NCBI GenBank assembly: GCA_002071385.1
Contig: MWFB01000004.1
Location: 1 to 32,000, forward strand
Source: Bacteroidetes bacterium ADurb.Bin013
GTDB lineage: Bacteria; Bacteroidota; Bacteroidia; Bacteroidales; UBA932
DNA: 32,000 bases
Direction: 5' to 3'
Notes under the pieces: generated by a model
The model's database searches: none
What the model was told of the DNA's origin: nothing
Seen by the model: the letters and a program-made list of their open reading frames with translations, nothing else
Shown: positions 1 to 15,915 of the stretch, piece by piece
How the letters are laid out: every line of letters starts with the position of its first letter
How positions within the stretch are numbered: position 1 is the stretch's first letter
Made by a program: the position numbers and the translations under genes

Positions 1-1975
<1,975 letters not shown>

Positions 1976-2149
1976 TCCGAATCTCTTCTGTCTCCAGCCT
2001 CCCGGCTGAAAACCCTTGAGCTTCTTTTTGTAGTCCCTAATTTTTACGGTCTTAAAAACCTTCTTATTACAGACTCTTCTTTTTGATTTTTACCTCTATT
2101 ATCTCTCTTTAATACGTCAATGAACGACCGTTAATTTTCAAACGGGCTG

Positions 2150-2180
2150 CAAAGGTAACCGAATTTCCAGAATTCACAAA
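2150..2180 (-). promoter_or_regulatory. Bacteroidota-type promoter (TTTG-N19-TACCTTTG) facing the 23S gene
   Basis: The minus strand reads TTTG (reverse complement of 2177-2180), a 19-nt spacer, then TACCTTTG (reverse complement of 2150-2157). This is a full match to the -33 TTTG / -7 TAnnTTTG consensus. It lies about 170 nt upstream of the 23S 5' end. Confidence 0.6.
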
Positions 2181-2212
2181 TTTTTGTGGGATTATTTCAT
2201 TATTTTCGCAGA

Positions 2213-2887
2213 ATGAAACTGTTTTTCCTATGTTTTTTCATACAGTTTTTTTTTTCATCCCCAGGCTCCATTACGCAAAACCTACGGGACGGCTATGCTG
2301 AAATGGCAGAGGCCGATACCTCTCTGGGTATTCTGATCCTGGTAAACAAACACCATAAGCTTGCCGAAGGCTACCGGCCGCATGATCTTGTTCCTGTTGA
2401 TGACAGGTACAACAGGGGCATAATGAACCTGTTACGGAGTGAAGCCGCTGCCGCTTTTGCCCAAATGTGCAGCACAGCAGAGAAAGATAGTATCATCTTG
2501 TGGAACCATTCGGCTTACCGGTCAGACACGGTGCAGCGCCAGCTGTATGAAAATGCCGTTGAACGGAGGGGGGTTCAGAGGGCAGACCGGTTTTCCGCGC
2601 GGCCCGGCCATTCGGAGCACCAGACGGGACTTACCGTGGATTTGAACAGCACACACACCTCCTTTGGAAAAACACCAGAAGCGGCCTGGCTAAGGCAACA
2701 CGCCCATCTTTTCGGCTTCATAGAACGCTATCCCCGCCATCAGGAAGACATAACGGGTTATGAATATGAACCCTGGCACTACCGTTATGTCGGCATAGAA
2801 GCGGCTACCTATATATACAACAACAAACTAACTTTGGAAGAATACCATGGAACAAGCCAAAAACAAACCCGGCACCCTGCCAGATAA
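2213..2887 (+). CDS. M15B (VanY-like) D-alanyl-D-alanine carboxypeptidase, secreted
   Basis: Family motifs are present: SEHQTGLTVDL (SxHxxGxAxD-type zinc site) and EPWHYRYVG. The ATG at 2213 gives a hydrophobic signal-like N-terminus (MKLFFLCFFIQFFFSS), and I prefer it to the GTG at 2186. A near-consensus -7 box, TATTTTCG (2201-2208), ends 4 nt before the ATG. Confidence 0.85.
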   Translation: MKLFFLCFFIQFFFSSPGSITQNLRDGYAEMAEADTSLGILILVNKHHKLAEGYRPHDLVPVDDRYNRGIMNLLRSEAAAAFAQMCSTAEKDSIILWNHSAYRSDTVQRQLYENAVERRGVQRADRFSARPGHSEHQTGLTVDLNSTHTSFGKTPEAAWLRQHAHLFGFIERYPRHQEDITGYEYEPWHYRYVGIEAATYIYNNKLTLEEYHGTSQKQTRHPAR

Positions 2888-4850
2888 CGCTTACCGGGAA
2901 CTAAAACCGGGAGAAACATACGAACCTTTGATGTCTCCCCATAAAAAATACCCCGAAGTTACCTTCTGGTCTGTGTGCATAGGCCTGGTTATGACCGTGC
3001 TTTTTTCAGCGGCTGCCGCTTACCTGGGACTTAAAGTGGGACAGGTATTTGAGGCCGCCATTCCCATAGCCATCATTGCCGTAGGCCTTTCCTCAGCACT
3101 GAAGCGCAAAAATTCCCTGGGCGAAAACATAATCATCCAGTCCATCGGAGGCTGCTCCGGAGGTGTGGTTGCAGGAGCCATTTTTACGTTGCCCGCAATG
3201 TATATCCTTCAGGAAAAATACCCGGAAATGTCGGTGGATTTTATTAAAATCTTCTTCAGCTCCCTGCTTGGAGGCGTCCTGGGAATCCTTTTCATCATTC
3301 CCTTCCGCAAGTATTTTGTTAAAGACATGCACGGAAAATTTCCCTTTCCCGAAGCGACCGCATCCACACAGGTCCTGGTAAGCGGGGAAACGGGCGGTAA
3401 AGGTGCGCGCTATCTTTTGGTGAGTGGGCTAATTGGCGGGTTGTATGACTTTATTGTATCCTCCTTTGGCTGGTGGAGCGAGGTTTTTACCACCCGGGTT
3501 CTTCCCTGGGGGGAAACCATTGCAAACAAAGCCAAACTAGTGGGAAAATTGAATGTTAGTGCCGCTGTGCTGGGATTGGGCTACATAATAGGCCTTAAAT
3601 ATGCTTTTATCATCTGCTGCGGGTCTTTCCTGGTTTGGTTCGGGATCATTCCACTGATGAACCTGATCTGGGGAACACAGATCGTTGACCTGATGGGAAG
3701 CGGCATCATGCAGACTGTGGGAGAAATGAGCCCCGAGGTGATTTTTACCACCTACGCAAGACATATCGGCATAGGTGGAATTGCCGTTGCCGGTATCATA
3801 GGAATCATAAAGGCCTCCTCCACCCTCAAAGCCGCCCTGGGAATGGCCGGCAAAGAACTCCGGGGCAAGCGCGATCCGCACCAGGAAGTTATGATCCGCA
3901 CCCAGCGTGACCTTTCCATGAAGATCATAGTGATCGGGACACTGGTCACCCTGGCCCTTGTATTCATCTTCTTTTATTTTGGGGTGCTGAACATGAACCT
4001 CTGGCACGCTGTGATAGCGCTTATCGTGGTGGCTGTCATTGCATTTCTCTTTACTACGGTGGCAGCCAATGCCATAGCCATTGTGGGGACCAACCCGGTT
4101 AGCGGCATGACACTCATGACCCTGATCCTGGCCTCGGTCATCATGGTTGCCGCAGGGCTCAAGGGAACGGCGGGAATGACAGCTGCGCTGCTCATTGGCG
4201 GAGTAGTCTGTACGGCTTTATCCGTTTCGGGCTCATTCATTACCGATCTGAAAATCGGGTACTGGTTGGGAAGCAGTCCCTATAAGCAACAACTCTGGAA
4301 GTTTGCAGGTACCTTGGTTGCCGCTGCAACGGTAGGAGGAGTTATCATAGTATTAAACAAAACCTACGGTTTTACCGGGGAAAATGCGCTTGTAGCTCCT
4401 CAGGCCAACGCCATGGCTGCGGTCATTGAACCGCTCATGTCCGGAGGAGGTGCTCCGTGGCTCCTTTATGGGATTGGCGGCCTGATTGCCATCCTGCTGA
4501 CACTTTTCAAGGTTCCCGCGCTTGCCTTTTCACTGGGAATGTTCATTCCCATGGAACTGAACCTGCCTTTGCTCGTAGGTGGAGCTGTAGCCTGGTTTGT
4601 TTCGACACGCAGCAAGAAAAGCCTGGTTAACGAAGAACGTAAGGATCGTGGCACCCTGCTCGCTTCTGGCTTTATTGCAGGAGGTGCGCTCATGGGTGTG
4701 GTGAGTGCCATCATGCGCTTTGCCGGGATCAATCTGGTCAATGCAGAGTGGCAGCATTCAACGGCCGGTGAGCTCCTTGCACTGGCAGCTTATGCATGCA
4801 TAATCATATACTTGGCCATCAGCAGCATGAGGGCCGCAAAAGAAAGATAA
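2847..4850 (+). CDS. OPT-family oligopeptide transporter
   Basis: The 667-aa polytopic membrane protein has the size, N-terminal cytoplasmic tail and glycine-rich TM pattern of bacterial OPT transporters. It overlaps the upstream gene by 41 nt. Confidence 0.8.
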   Translation: MEQAKNKPGTLPDNAYRELKPGETYEPLMSPHKKYPEVTFWSVCIGLVMTVLFSAAAAYLGLKVGQVFEAAIPIAIIAVGLSSALKRKNSLGENIIIQSIGGCSGGVVAGAIFTLPAMYILQEKYPEMSVDFIKIFFSSLLGGVLGILFIIPFRKYFVKDMHGKFPFPEATASTQVLVSGETGGKGARYLLVSGLIGGLYDFIVSSFGWWSEVFTTRVLPWGETIANKAKLVGKLNVSAAVLGLGYIIGLKYAFIICCGSFLVWFGIIPLMNLIWGTQIVDLMGSGIMQTVGEMSPEVIFTTYARHIGIGGIAVAGIIGIIKASSTLKAALGMAGKELRGKRDPHQEVMIRTQRDLSMKIIVIGTLVTLALVFIFFYFGVLNMNLWHAVIALIVVAVIAFLFTTVAANAIAIVGTNPVSGMTLMTLILASVIMVAAGLKGTAGMTAALLIGGVVCTALSVSGSFITDLKIGYWLGSSPYKQQLWKFAGTLVAAATVGGVIIVLNKTYGFTGENALVAPQANAMAAVIEPLMSGGGAPWLLYGIGGLIAILLTLFKVPALAFSLGMFIPMELNLPLLVGGAVAWFVSTRSKKSLVNEERKDRGTLLASGFIAGGALMGVVSAIMRFAGINLVNAEWQHSTAGELLALAAYACIIIYLAISSMRAAKER

Positions 4851-4861
4851 ACACATCTATC

Positions 4862-6085
4862 ATGGAAAAGATACTGGATAAATTTCTCAGATATATCTCC
4901 TTTGACACGGCTTCTGACCCTCAGTCAGAAACACAGCCCAGCACGACAAAGCAGTGTGCCCTGCTGGAGGTACTGCTCAAGGAATTGCATCAGATGGGCA
5001 TTACAGACGCTCATCTGGATGAATACGGGTACGTCATGGCTTCCATTCCTTCAAATTTGGAAAAAGAAGTCCCCGCAATAGGCTTCCTTGCACACGTGGA
5101 TACCTCCCCCGATGCCAGCGGGAAGGATATCCGGCCGCAGATCATTCCCAAATACGACGGGAAACCCATCCTGTTGAACAAGGAAAAGGAATTGTACCTG
5201 GATCCGGCTGAATTTCCGGAACTGCTTTCCTATCAGGGGCAGACCCTGATAACCACCGACGGCAATACCCTGCTGGGAGCAGACGACAAGGCTGGAGTGG
5301 CAGCCATCATGTCTGCCGCCGAATATCTTATGACGCATCCCGGTATAAAACACGGACCGGTCAAGATCGCATTTACACCCGACGAAGAAATTGGCCGCGG
5401 GGTAGCAAAATTTGATGTGAAAAAATTCGGGGCGGCCTATGCCTACACCATTGACGGAGGCCAGCTGGGAGAAATGGAATATGAAAACTTCAATGCAGCC
5501 ATGGCCAGCATTCACATCCAGGGACGCAATATCCACCCGGGATATGCCAAAGGCAAGATGGTAAACGCCCTTATCATTGGAACAGAACTGAACAACATGC
5601 TACCGGTAGAGCAACGGCCCGAGTTCACAGACCATTACGAGGGATTCTTCCACATTACATCATTCCGGGGAACCGTAGAAGAAGCTTCTTTGATTTACAT
5701 CATCCGGGAACACGATCACGGGAAATTTGAACAAAAGAAGCAGCTCATGCAGGATGTCGCCGGTTTCCTTAACCTGAAATACGGTAATTGCATTACCCTG
5801 GAAATGAAGGACCAGTATTTCAATATGCGCAGGCAGATAGAGCCACACATGCATGTGGTGGAAAAAGCCATAAAAGCCATAAAAGCTGCAGGCATTACTC
5901 CCATAGTGCATCCAATTCGCGGCGGGACAGACGGGGCACAGCTTTCCTACAGGGGACTTCCCTGTCCCAACATTTTTGCAGGAGGGCATAATTTTCACGG
6001 AAAAATGGAATACCTTCCACTGAAAAGCATGGAGAAAGCTTCCAAGGTGATCCTCCGGATAATAGACGAATATGCTGTTACTTGA
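4862..6085 (+). CDS. pepT: Peptidase T (tripeptide aminopeptidase, M20B)
   Basis: It aligns with E. coli PepT along its full length. Matching strings include FLRYISFDT, AHVDTSPD, GQTLITTDGNTLLGADDKAG and IRGGTDGAQLSYRGLPCPNIFAGGHNFHG. I chose the ATG at 4862 (MEKILDKFL) over the ORF-track start at 4796. Confidence 0.95.
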   Translation: MEKILDKFLRYISFDTASDPQSETQPSTTKQCALLEVLLKELHQMGITDAHLDEYGYVMASIPSNLEKEVPAIGFLAHVDTSPDASGKDIRPQIIPKYDGKPILLNKEKELYLDPAEFPELLSYQGQTLITTDGNTLLGADDKAGVAAIMSAAEYLMTHPGIKHGPVKIAFTPDEEIGRGVAKFDVKKFGAAYAYTIDGGQLGEMEYENFNAAMASIHIQGRNIHPGYAKGKMVNALIIGTELNNMLPVEQRPEFTDHYEGFFHITSFRGTVEEASLIYIIREHDHGKFEQKKQLMQDVAGFLNLKYGNCITLEMKDQYFNMRRQIEPHMHVVEKAIKAIKAAGITPIVHPIRGGTDGAQLSYRGLPCPNIFAGGHNFHGKMEYLPLKSMEKASKVILRIIDEYAVT

Positions 6086-7277
6086 TTGCCAGATGGAGCA
6101 GCAGCCCGGCAAAAGTCTCTACCCCCCAGTCTGCATGTGTTCCGGGGCCTGATTTGTATTGAATATAAGCTCCGGCTTTCCTGAATTGCCTGTACGCATA
6201 GTTTGCCGCCTCTTCCGGAACGTACTGGTCTTCCGTTGAATGGTAGAGGTAAACCGGCATATAGGGAACCCACCCGTCAACGGCGGAATTCATATCCAGA
6301 ACAGGTTGGAGTTTTTGGAATTCGGAATTCCTTTCCTCTGCCGGCTTGAAGAAATCGGGGTGCATGTAATTGCGCATATCTTCTCCTATCAATGAAACCA
6401 GCCCGCTGGCAATGCGCGTTCTGTCATACCATAAAGCATAATTATCGGCCAGAGGTCCCTGGAATATCTTGTGGTAATCCAGGCTCAGGTTATAATAATG
6501 GTCAAGGGACATGATTATCCCGGGTAAAAGGGGGTAGGTACAGATGGGATTATCGGCAAACCCCTTGAATGTGGCGTTCAGGTCACAGGCACCTCCGCCT
6601 ATCACTACCCTTTCAACGTATACCTCATGCATGTGATGTTCCTGGTAATAACGGGCTACCGCCAATCCCACACCTCCTCCATAGGAATACCCTGAAATGA
6701 TCGTGTGCCTGGGAACGTTGTATCCGAGTGTTCTGAAATATTCAGTGGCAGCCATGCGCATATCCCACGCAACCTTGCCCAGGTTGTCACAGATCATGAA
6801 AGGATGAGGCATCTCCTTGGTATTGCCGTATTTGCCATAACCTATCATATCCGGCAGGATTACCGCGTAACCGACCAGGACCGGCAAAGCCTCCAGAACC
6901 GGAATATTCTCAGAGCTTCCGCCGTCTTTGCTCATATGGGCGATCCCCGACATTTCCACCACGCCCCTGATATCACAATCCAGCGGGTAATACAGCGTTC
7001 CGTCTGCAATCACAGGCTCCCCGAAAGGGTCTGTCGTGTGGTATGTGATGACAACTGCACGAAAATTCCTGCTGGAAATAACGTATTCCAGTTTTGAGGT
7101 GATCTCGGGATAATCCTCCACTCCAAACGTATTGAACAGCTCATCAAGGTTAAGGTCTATGATCTTATGTATACCGGCAAGGTATTGATCCGGACCTGAT
7201 GGTGCATCATGGTACGGCTGGCAGGAAGCAAGCAGTAATGCAAAAAAGCAGGTGGAAATTTTCAGGGCCTTTTTCAT
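6078..7277 (-). CDS. Alpha/beta-hydrolase (lipase/esterase-like) lipoprotein
   Basis: The start at 7277 gives the lipoprotein signal MKKALKISTCFFALLLASC. A GxSxG nucleophile elbow is present (SGYSYGGG). The substrate is unknown. Confidence 0.6.
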   Translation of the reverse strand: MKKALKISTCFFALLLASCQPYHDAPSGPDQYLAGIHKIIDLNLDELFNTFGVEDYPEITSKLEYVISSRNFRAVVITYHTTDPFGEPVIADGTLYYPLDCDIRGVVEMSGIAHMSKDGGSSENIPVLEALPVLVGYAVILPDMIGYGKYGNTKEMPHPFMICDNLGKVAWDMRMAATEYFRTLGYNVPRHTIISGYSYGGGVGLAVARYYQEHHMHEVYVERVVIGGGACDLNATFKGFADNPICTYPLLPGIIMSLDHYYNLSLDYHKIFQGPLADNYALWYDRTRIASGLVSLIGEDMRNYMHPDFFKPAEERNSEFQKLQPVLDMNSAVDGWVPYMPVYLYHSTEDQYVPEEAANYAYRQFRKAGAYIQYKSGPGTHADWGVETFAGLLLHLAIK

Positions 7278-7311
7278 ATTATTTGTATCTTTATTTTTTA
7301 AATCAGGCATT

Positions 7312-8360
7312 ATGGAAGTCACGCAGTATATTCATGGCTACTCTCCCAAAGGGGAGGCAATTGTCAGTTACAAAATTACCAATAAAAAAGGTTCTTACGT
7401 ACAACTTTGTAATATTGGAGCTACGGTCATGGGCATAGGAGTGCCTGACCGCAACGGACTGGTGGAAGATGTGGTACCGGGTTATCAGGACGTCATGCAG
7501 TATTTCCTGGATCCTCCGTACCTTGGAAAGACGGTAGGACGCTACGCAAACCGTATTGCCCGGGGCCTTTTCTCCCTGGAAGGAAAACAATACCAGCTGG
7601 CCGTCAACAATGGTTCCAACCACCTGCACGGGGGCCCGCAATCCATGTGTGTACAGGTCTGGGTGTCCCGCATCGAGGATGGTGACGATGCCGTATCTTT
7701 CACCTATGCAAGTCCCCACGGAGAAGAAAATTATCCTGGAAACATGCAGGTTACAGCCACTTTCCGCTGGAGCGAAAATGATGTCCTGACACTGGAACTG
7801 AGAGCCATCTCAGACCTGTCAACCATCATAAACATTACCAGTCATACGTATTTCAACCTGGCGGGCGAAGGCAACGGAACCATCCACAATCATATCCTGC
7901 AACTTAATGCCAACAATTACCTGCCCGTGGATCCCACCAGTATTCCCCTGGGAGATCCGGCCCCGGTCAAAGGAACGCCTTTTGATTTCACGGTTCCCAA
8001 ACCCATAGGTAAAGACATTGCCATGGACAACGAACAGTTACGCATTGGCAACGGATACGACCATTGCTGGTGTCTGCCTTCTTCTGACGGGACTTTGCAG
8101 CAGGCAGCCCTGCTGAAAGACCCGGTCAGCGGCAGAACGGTGACTATCAGCACAACGCAGCCAGGGATACAGGTATACACCGGCAACTGGCTGGAAGGTA
8201 ACGGAAAAGGAAAAAACGGGATACCACACAGAAACCGTCACGCAGTAGCCCTGGAATGCCAGAATTACCCGGACAGCCCCAACCGGTCTCAATATCCTGA
8301 TTGTATACTCAGGCCGGGAGAATTGTACCTGCAGAAAATAGTATATGCTTTTGGAACGGA

Positions 8361-8364
<4 letters not shown>
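7312..8364 (+). CDS. galM: Aldose 1-epimerase (galactose mutarotase)
   Basis: Family motifs GRYANRIA, NHLHGG and ALECQNYPDSPN are present, and the length (350 aa) fits the family. The start is the ATG at 7312. Confidence 0.9.
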
Positions 8365-12789
<4,425 letters not shown>

Positions 12790-12790
12790 T

Positions 12791-14791
12791 ATGAAAACCA
12801 AACCGGCTACAGGGATGCTGACCTTGGCAGTATTCACATTCCTCACCTGCGTGACGGGCACCATCCTGCAAGCAAAAGTTAAAGTCCACTCCATTTCGTC
12901 TCCGGACGGGAAACTGGAACTTCAGGCGGTAACAGAGCCCAACATCTCTTTTTGCCTGCTGCGGGGAGACCAGGTCCTTGTCTCATCCCCCGCCCTTTCA
13001 CTCAGCCTGGAAGACGGAACAATCCTGGGGCCAAATGCCAGGCTTTCCAGGGCCAAAACAACCAATGTACGGGAAATCATCCCGTCCCCGCTGTACAGGA
13101 AATCAGAAATAATAGCAGTGTATAACCAGTTGGATATCAGTTTTCGTGAAGGATTCGGGATTCGTTTCCGCCTGTATGACCAGGGAGCTGCTTACCAATT
13201 CTATACCACTGGAAGGGATTCCCTGCACATAGTGAACGAATCGGCCGGATTTGTGTTCGAAAAAGATTACACCTGTTACGTTCCTTACAGCCGGGGAGTG
13301 GAAAGCCCTTTTAATAATTCATTCGAAAACATATACACAGTTACCCCTGTCAGCGGTTTTAATCCTGATAGCCTGGCCTTCCTGCCGCTTCTGGTCTGCC
13401 TGGACGACGGCATAAAGATGGTTCTTACAGAATCTGACCTGGAGTCTTATCCCGGCATGTTCCTGCGGGGAGAAAAGACCAGCCGTGGTTTTGAATACCG
13501 CGGCGTATTCGCACCCATCCCTTCCGCAACCAGGACCGAGCCGGTACGCGGACAGGTAATCCCCACGGATTATTCCCGGGTGATAGCACGCACCCCGGGA
13601 ACACGTTCTTTTCCATGGCGCATCATGGCTATAGCTGAAAAAGACACCGAATTGCCTGTCAACGACCTGGTCTATGCGCTGGGTGCTCCCAACAGGACAG
13701 GCGCCACAGATTGGATCAAACCAGGCAAGGTAGCCTGGGATTGGTGGAATAACTGGGGTGTCACCGGGGTGGATTTCCCGGTAGGGATCAACACGGAAAC
13801 CTACAAATATTACATTGACTTTGCTGCCGCCAACGGCATTGAATACGTGGTGCTGGACGAGGGATGGTCGCCTCCCGCAGGTCGGAACATCATGCAGGTG
13901 GTCCCGCAGATTGACCTGCAGGAACTGGTTACATACGCCGAAAAAAAGAACGTTGGCCTGATACTCTGGTGTGTAGCCTACGTTCTGGATGAAAAGCTGG
14001 AAGAAGCCTGCAGCTTCTATTCCCGAATGGGTTTCAAGGGATTCAAGGTCGACTTCATGGACAGGGATGACCAGCCTGTAGTGGAAATGTTGTACCGGAT
14101 TGCAGAAACAGCCGCCAGGCACAAGATGCTGATTGACTTCCATGGCATGTACAAGCCCACGGGATTCAACCGCACCTATCCGAACGTGGTCAATTTTGAA
14201 GGCATCTTCGGACTGGAACAATCCAAGTGGAGCCGTGAAGACATGGTCCCTCACGAAGTCACTTTCCCTTACATAAGAATGATGGCCGGACCCGTCGACT
14301 ACACCCAGGGGGCGATGCGCAATGCAACACGCCAGGATTTCCATCCGGTATACAACAACCCCATGGCTGCCGGTACACGGGCCAGGCAGGTAGCCACCTA
14401 CATTGTCTTTGACAATCCCCTGGTCATGTTATGTGACAACCCTTCCACATATATGAAAGAACAGGAAACGACCAGTTTCATCACCTGCATTCCCGTTGCA
14501 TGGGATGAAACACGCATCCTGCAGGGAGAACTGGGAAAATACATAGTATCTGCACGCAGAAAGGACTCTCAATGGTTTGTGGGAGGCCTCACAGACTGGA
14601 CGCCACGCACCATCACCCTGGATTTATCCTTTCTGGAACCGGGACGCACCTACCGGGCGAAAATCTTCAGGGACGGTGTGAACGCACACCGGCATGCAAC
14701 AGATTACAGGATAGAAGAGCGGGAAGTTACCTCCAAGGATGAGATCAAGGTTTACCTGAGCCCGGGAGGGGGTTTTGCGATAATTTTTTAA
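12791..14791 (+). CDS. GH97 glycoside hydrolase (alpha-glucosidase or alpha-galactosidase)
   Basis: The ATG lies 1 nt after the upstream stop codon and is followed by a signal peptide. GH97-like strings are present: SPDGKLEL, WDWWNNW, IEYVVLDEGW, FKGFKVDFMDRDDQ and LIDFHG. I cannot settle the specificity by eye. Confidence 0.85.
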   Translation: MKTKPATGMLTLAVFTFLTCVTGTILQAKVKVHSISSPDGKLELQAVTEPNISFCLLRGDQVLVSSPALSLSLEDGTILGPNARLSRAKTTNVREIIPSPLYRKSEIIAVYNQLDISFREGFGIRFRLYDQGAAYQFYTTGRDSLHIVNESAGFVFEKDYTCYVPYSRGVESPFNNSFENIYTVTPVSGFNPDSLAFLPLLVCLDDGIKMVLTESDLESYPGMFLRGEKTSRGFEYRGVFAPIPSATRTEPVRGQVIPTDYSRVIARTPGTRSFPWRIMAIAEKDTELPVNDLVYALGAPNRTGATDWIKPGKVAWDWWNNWGVTGVDFPVGINTETYKYYIDFAAANGIEYVVLDEGWSPPAGRNIMQVVPQIDLQELVTYAEKKNVGLILWCVAYVLDEKLEEACSFYSRMGFKGFKVDFMDRDDQPVVEMLYRIAETAARHKMLIDFHGMYKPTGFNRTYPNVVNFEGIFGLEQSKWSREDMVPHEVTFPYIRMMAGPVDYTQGAMRNATRQDFHPVYNNPMAAGTRARQVATYIVFDNPLVMLCDNPSTYMKEQETTSFITCIPVAWDETRILQGELGKYIVSARRKDSQWFVGGLTDWTPRTITLDLSFLEPGRTYRAKIFRDGVNAHRHATDYRIEEREVTSKDEIKVYLSPGGGFAIIF

Positions 14792-15344
14792 GCGTCTGGT
14801 AATCTTCCGGATTGAAGATTTTGATTTCCCTGTGCCCGTGTCCTTCGGCTATCAGGGAGGAAGGAGTATCCGAGTTGTTTATAAGCAACCACCTGTCACT
14901 CAGGGGTATATATATGTTGAACAGGTTCTGGATGCCGGACCAGTACCTGCGGCGTATAACGTTTTCGGGGATGGTGTGCCCCCCGGCCATCACCCGGCTT
15001 TGTACACGTTTCACCGCCAGGTCGGGGCTTTTGAGCCAGAAATAAACCAGCATCACGTCGTATCCCTTTTTCTTTGTTTTTTCTATCAGACTGGCAAAAG
15101 AACGTACAGCCAGGGTTGTCTCTATGGCAAAATCCTCCTTGGATTCCGACAATTCCCTGACCCTTTTGAGCATCACCCTTCCCGCATCTATGGCGGCATT
15201 TGAAAGGTCAAAAGGAGAAATACCCCTGGCAATTTCGTCTGAATTCACAAAAGCCCTGCACTGAAGCAATTCAGATAAAATGGTATAGGAAGCGGTTGTT
15301 TTACCTGATCCGTTGCAGCCGCTTATGACATACATGGTTGGCAT
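14745..15344 (-). CDS. Zeta-toxin-like / COG4185-type P-loop kinase
   Basis: A Walker A motif (GCNGSGKTT) sits at the extreme N-terminus, followed by an NSDEIA acceptor-site-like motif. The ~200-aa size is typical of zeta-toxin-domain ATPases. Confidence 0.7.
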   Translation of the reverse strand: MPTMYVISGCNGSGKTTASYTILSELLQCRAFVNSDEIARGISPFDLSNAAIDAGRVMLKRVRELSESKEDFAIETTLAVRSFASLIEKTKKKGYDVMLVYFWLKSPDLAVKRVQSRVMAGGHTIPENVIRRRYWSGIQNLFNIYIPLSDRWLLINNSDTPSSLIAEGHGHREIKIFNPEDYQTLKKLSQNPLPGSGKP

Positions 15345-15348
15345 AGTA

Positions 15349-15356
15349 CAAATTTA
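15349..15356 (-). promoter_or_regulatory. -7 box TAAATTTG ending 4 nt before the ATG of the zeta-like gene
   Basis: The reverse complement of 15349-15356 is TAAATTTG, followed by TACT and then the ATG at 15344. Confidence 0.5.
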
Positions 15357-15369
15357 CACTAAAATCCTG

Positions 15370-15377
15370 TACATTTG
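15370..15377 (+). promoter_or_regulatory. -7 box TACATTTG ending 4 nt before the ATG of the SpoU-family gene
   Basis: TACATTTG occupies 15370-15377, followed by CCAT and then the ATG at 15382. Confidence 0.5.
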
Positions 15378-15381
15378 CCAT

Positions 15382-15915
15382 ATGCCGAGAAAAATTCCAA
15401 ACAGGGAACTCCGTCGTTTATCCCCCGGTGAGTTCCGCAACAGCCCCAGGATGCCCGTAGTGCTGGTTTTGGACAACGTCCGGAGCCAGCATAATATTGG
15501 CTCGGCTTTCCGCACTGCCGACGCATTCGCCCTGGAACATGTCTTTTTGTGCGGGATAACCGCCTGTCCGCCCTCCGCAGAGATCCATAAATCGGCCCTT
15601 GGGGCCGAAAACACCATGGAGTGGACATACGTTGAAAACACCCTGGATGCCGTCCGCCGGCTGCAGGAGCAGGGATATGCCGTACTGGCCGTGGAACAGG
15701 CCGAAGGGGCGGGAAACCTGGCGGCTTTCAGTCCTGGAAAACATCAGAAAACGGCGCTGGTATTCGGGAATGAGGTGCGCGGAGTCAAACAGGAGGTTGT
15801 GGATGCCTGTGACGGATGTCTGGAAATTCCCCAGCATGGCACCAAGCACTCGCTGAATGTATCCGTGGCCATTGGAGTGGTGCTCTGGCACTATTACCTG
15901 ACCATGAGAGTCTGA
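15382..15915 (+). CDS. SpoU/TrmH-family RNA 2'-O-methyltransferase
   Basis: SpoU motifs are present: NIGSAFRTADAF, LVFGNEVRGV and IPQHGTKHSLNVSVAIGVVLW. The start is the ATG at 15382. Confidence 0.85.
   Translation: MPRKIPNRELRRLSPGEFRNSPRMPVVLVLDNVRSQHNIGSAFRTADAFALEHVFLCGITACPPSAEIHKSALGAENTMEWTYVENTLDAVRRLQEQGYAVLAVEQAEGAGNLAAFSPGKHQKTALVFGNEVRGVKQEVVDACDGCLEIPQHGTKHSLNVSVAIGVVLWHYYLTMRV

Noticed and set aside
7278-7311. Promoter boxes in the 34-bp gap between the hydrolase gene and galM
   Set aside because: Only a one-mismatch box is present (TATCTTTA, 7286-7293, 18 nt before the galM ATG). I found nothing on the minus strand. It is too weak to list as a feature.
13319-14344. A 341-aa ORF antisense to GH97. 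Similar antisense ORFs lie at 20725-21420 (to the epimerase) and 25034-25765 (to the symporter).
   Set aside because: The first two are in-phase shadows of strongly supported genes. The third is out of phase with the symporter, but its Ser/Pro/Thr/Lys-rich sequence is low-complexity and has no recognisable motif, and it mirrors a hydrophobic membrane-protein gene.
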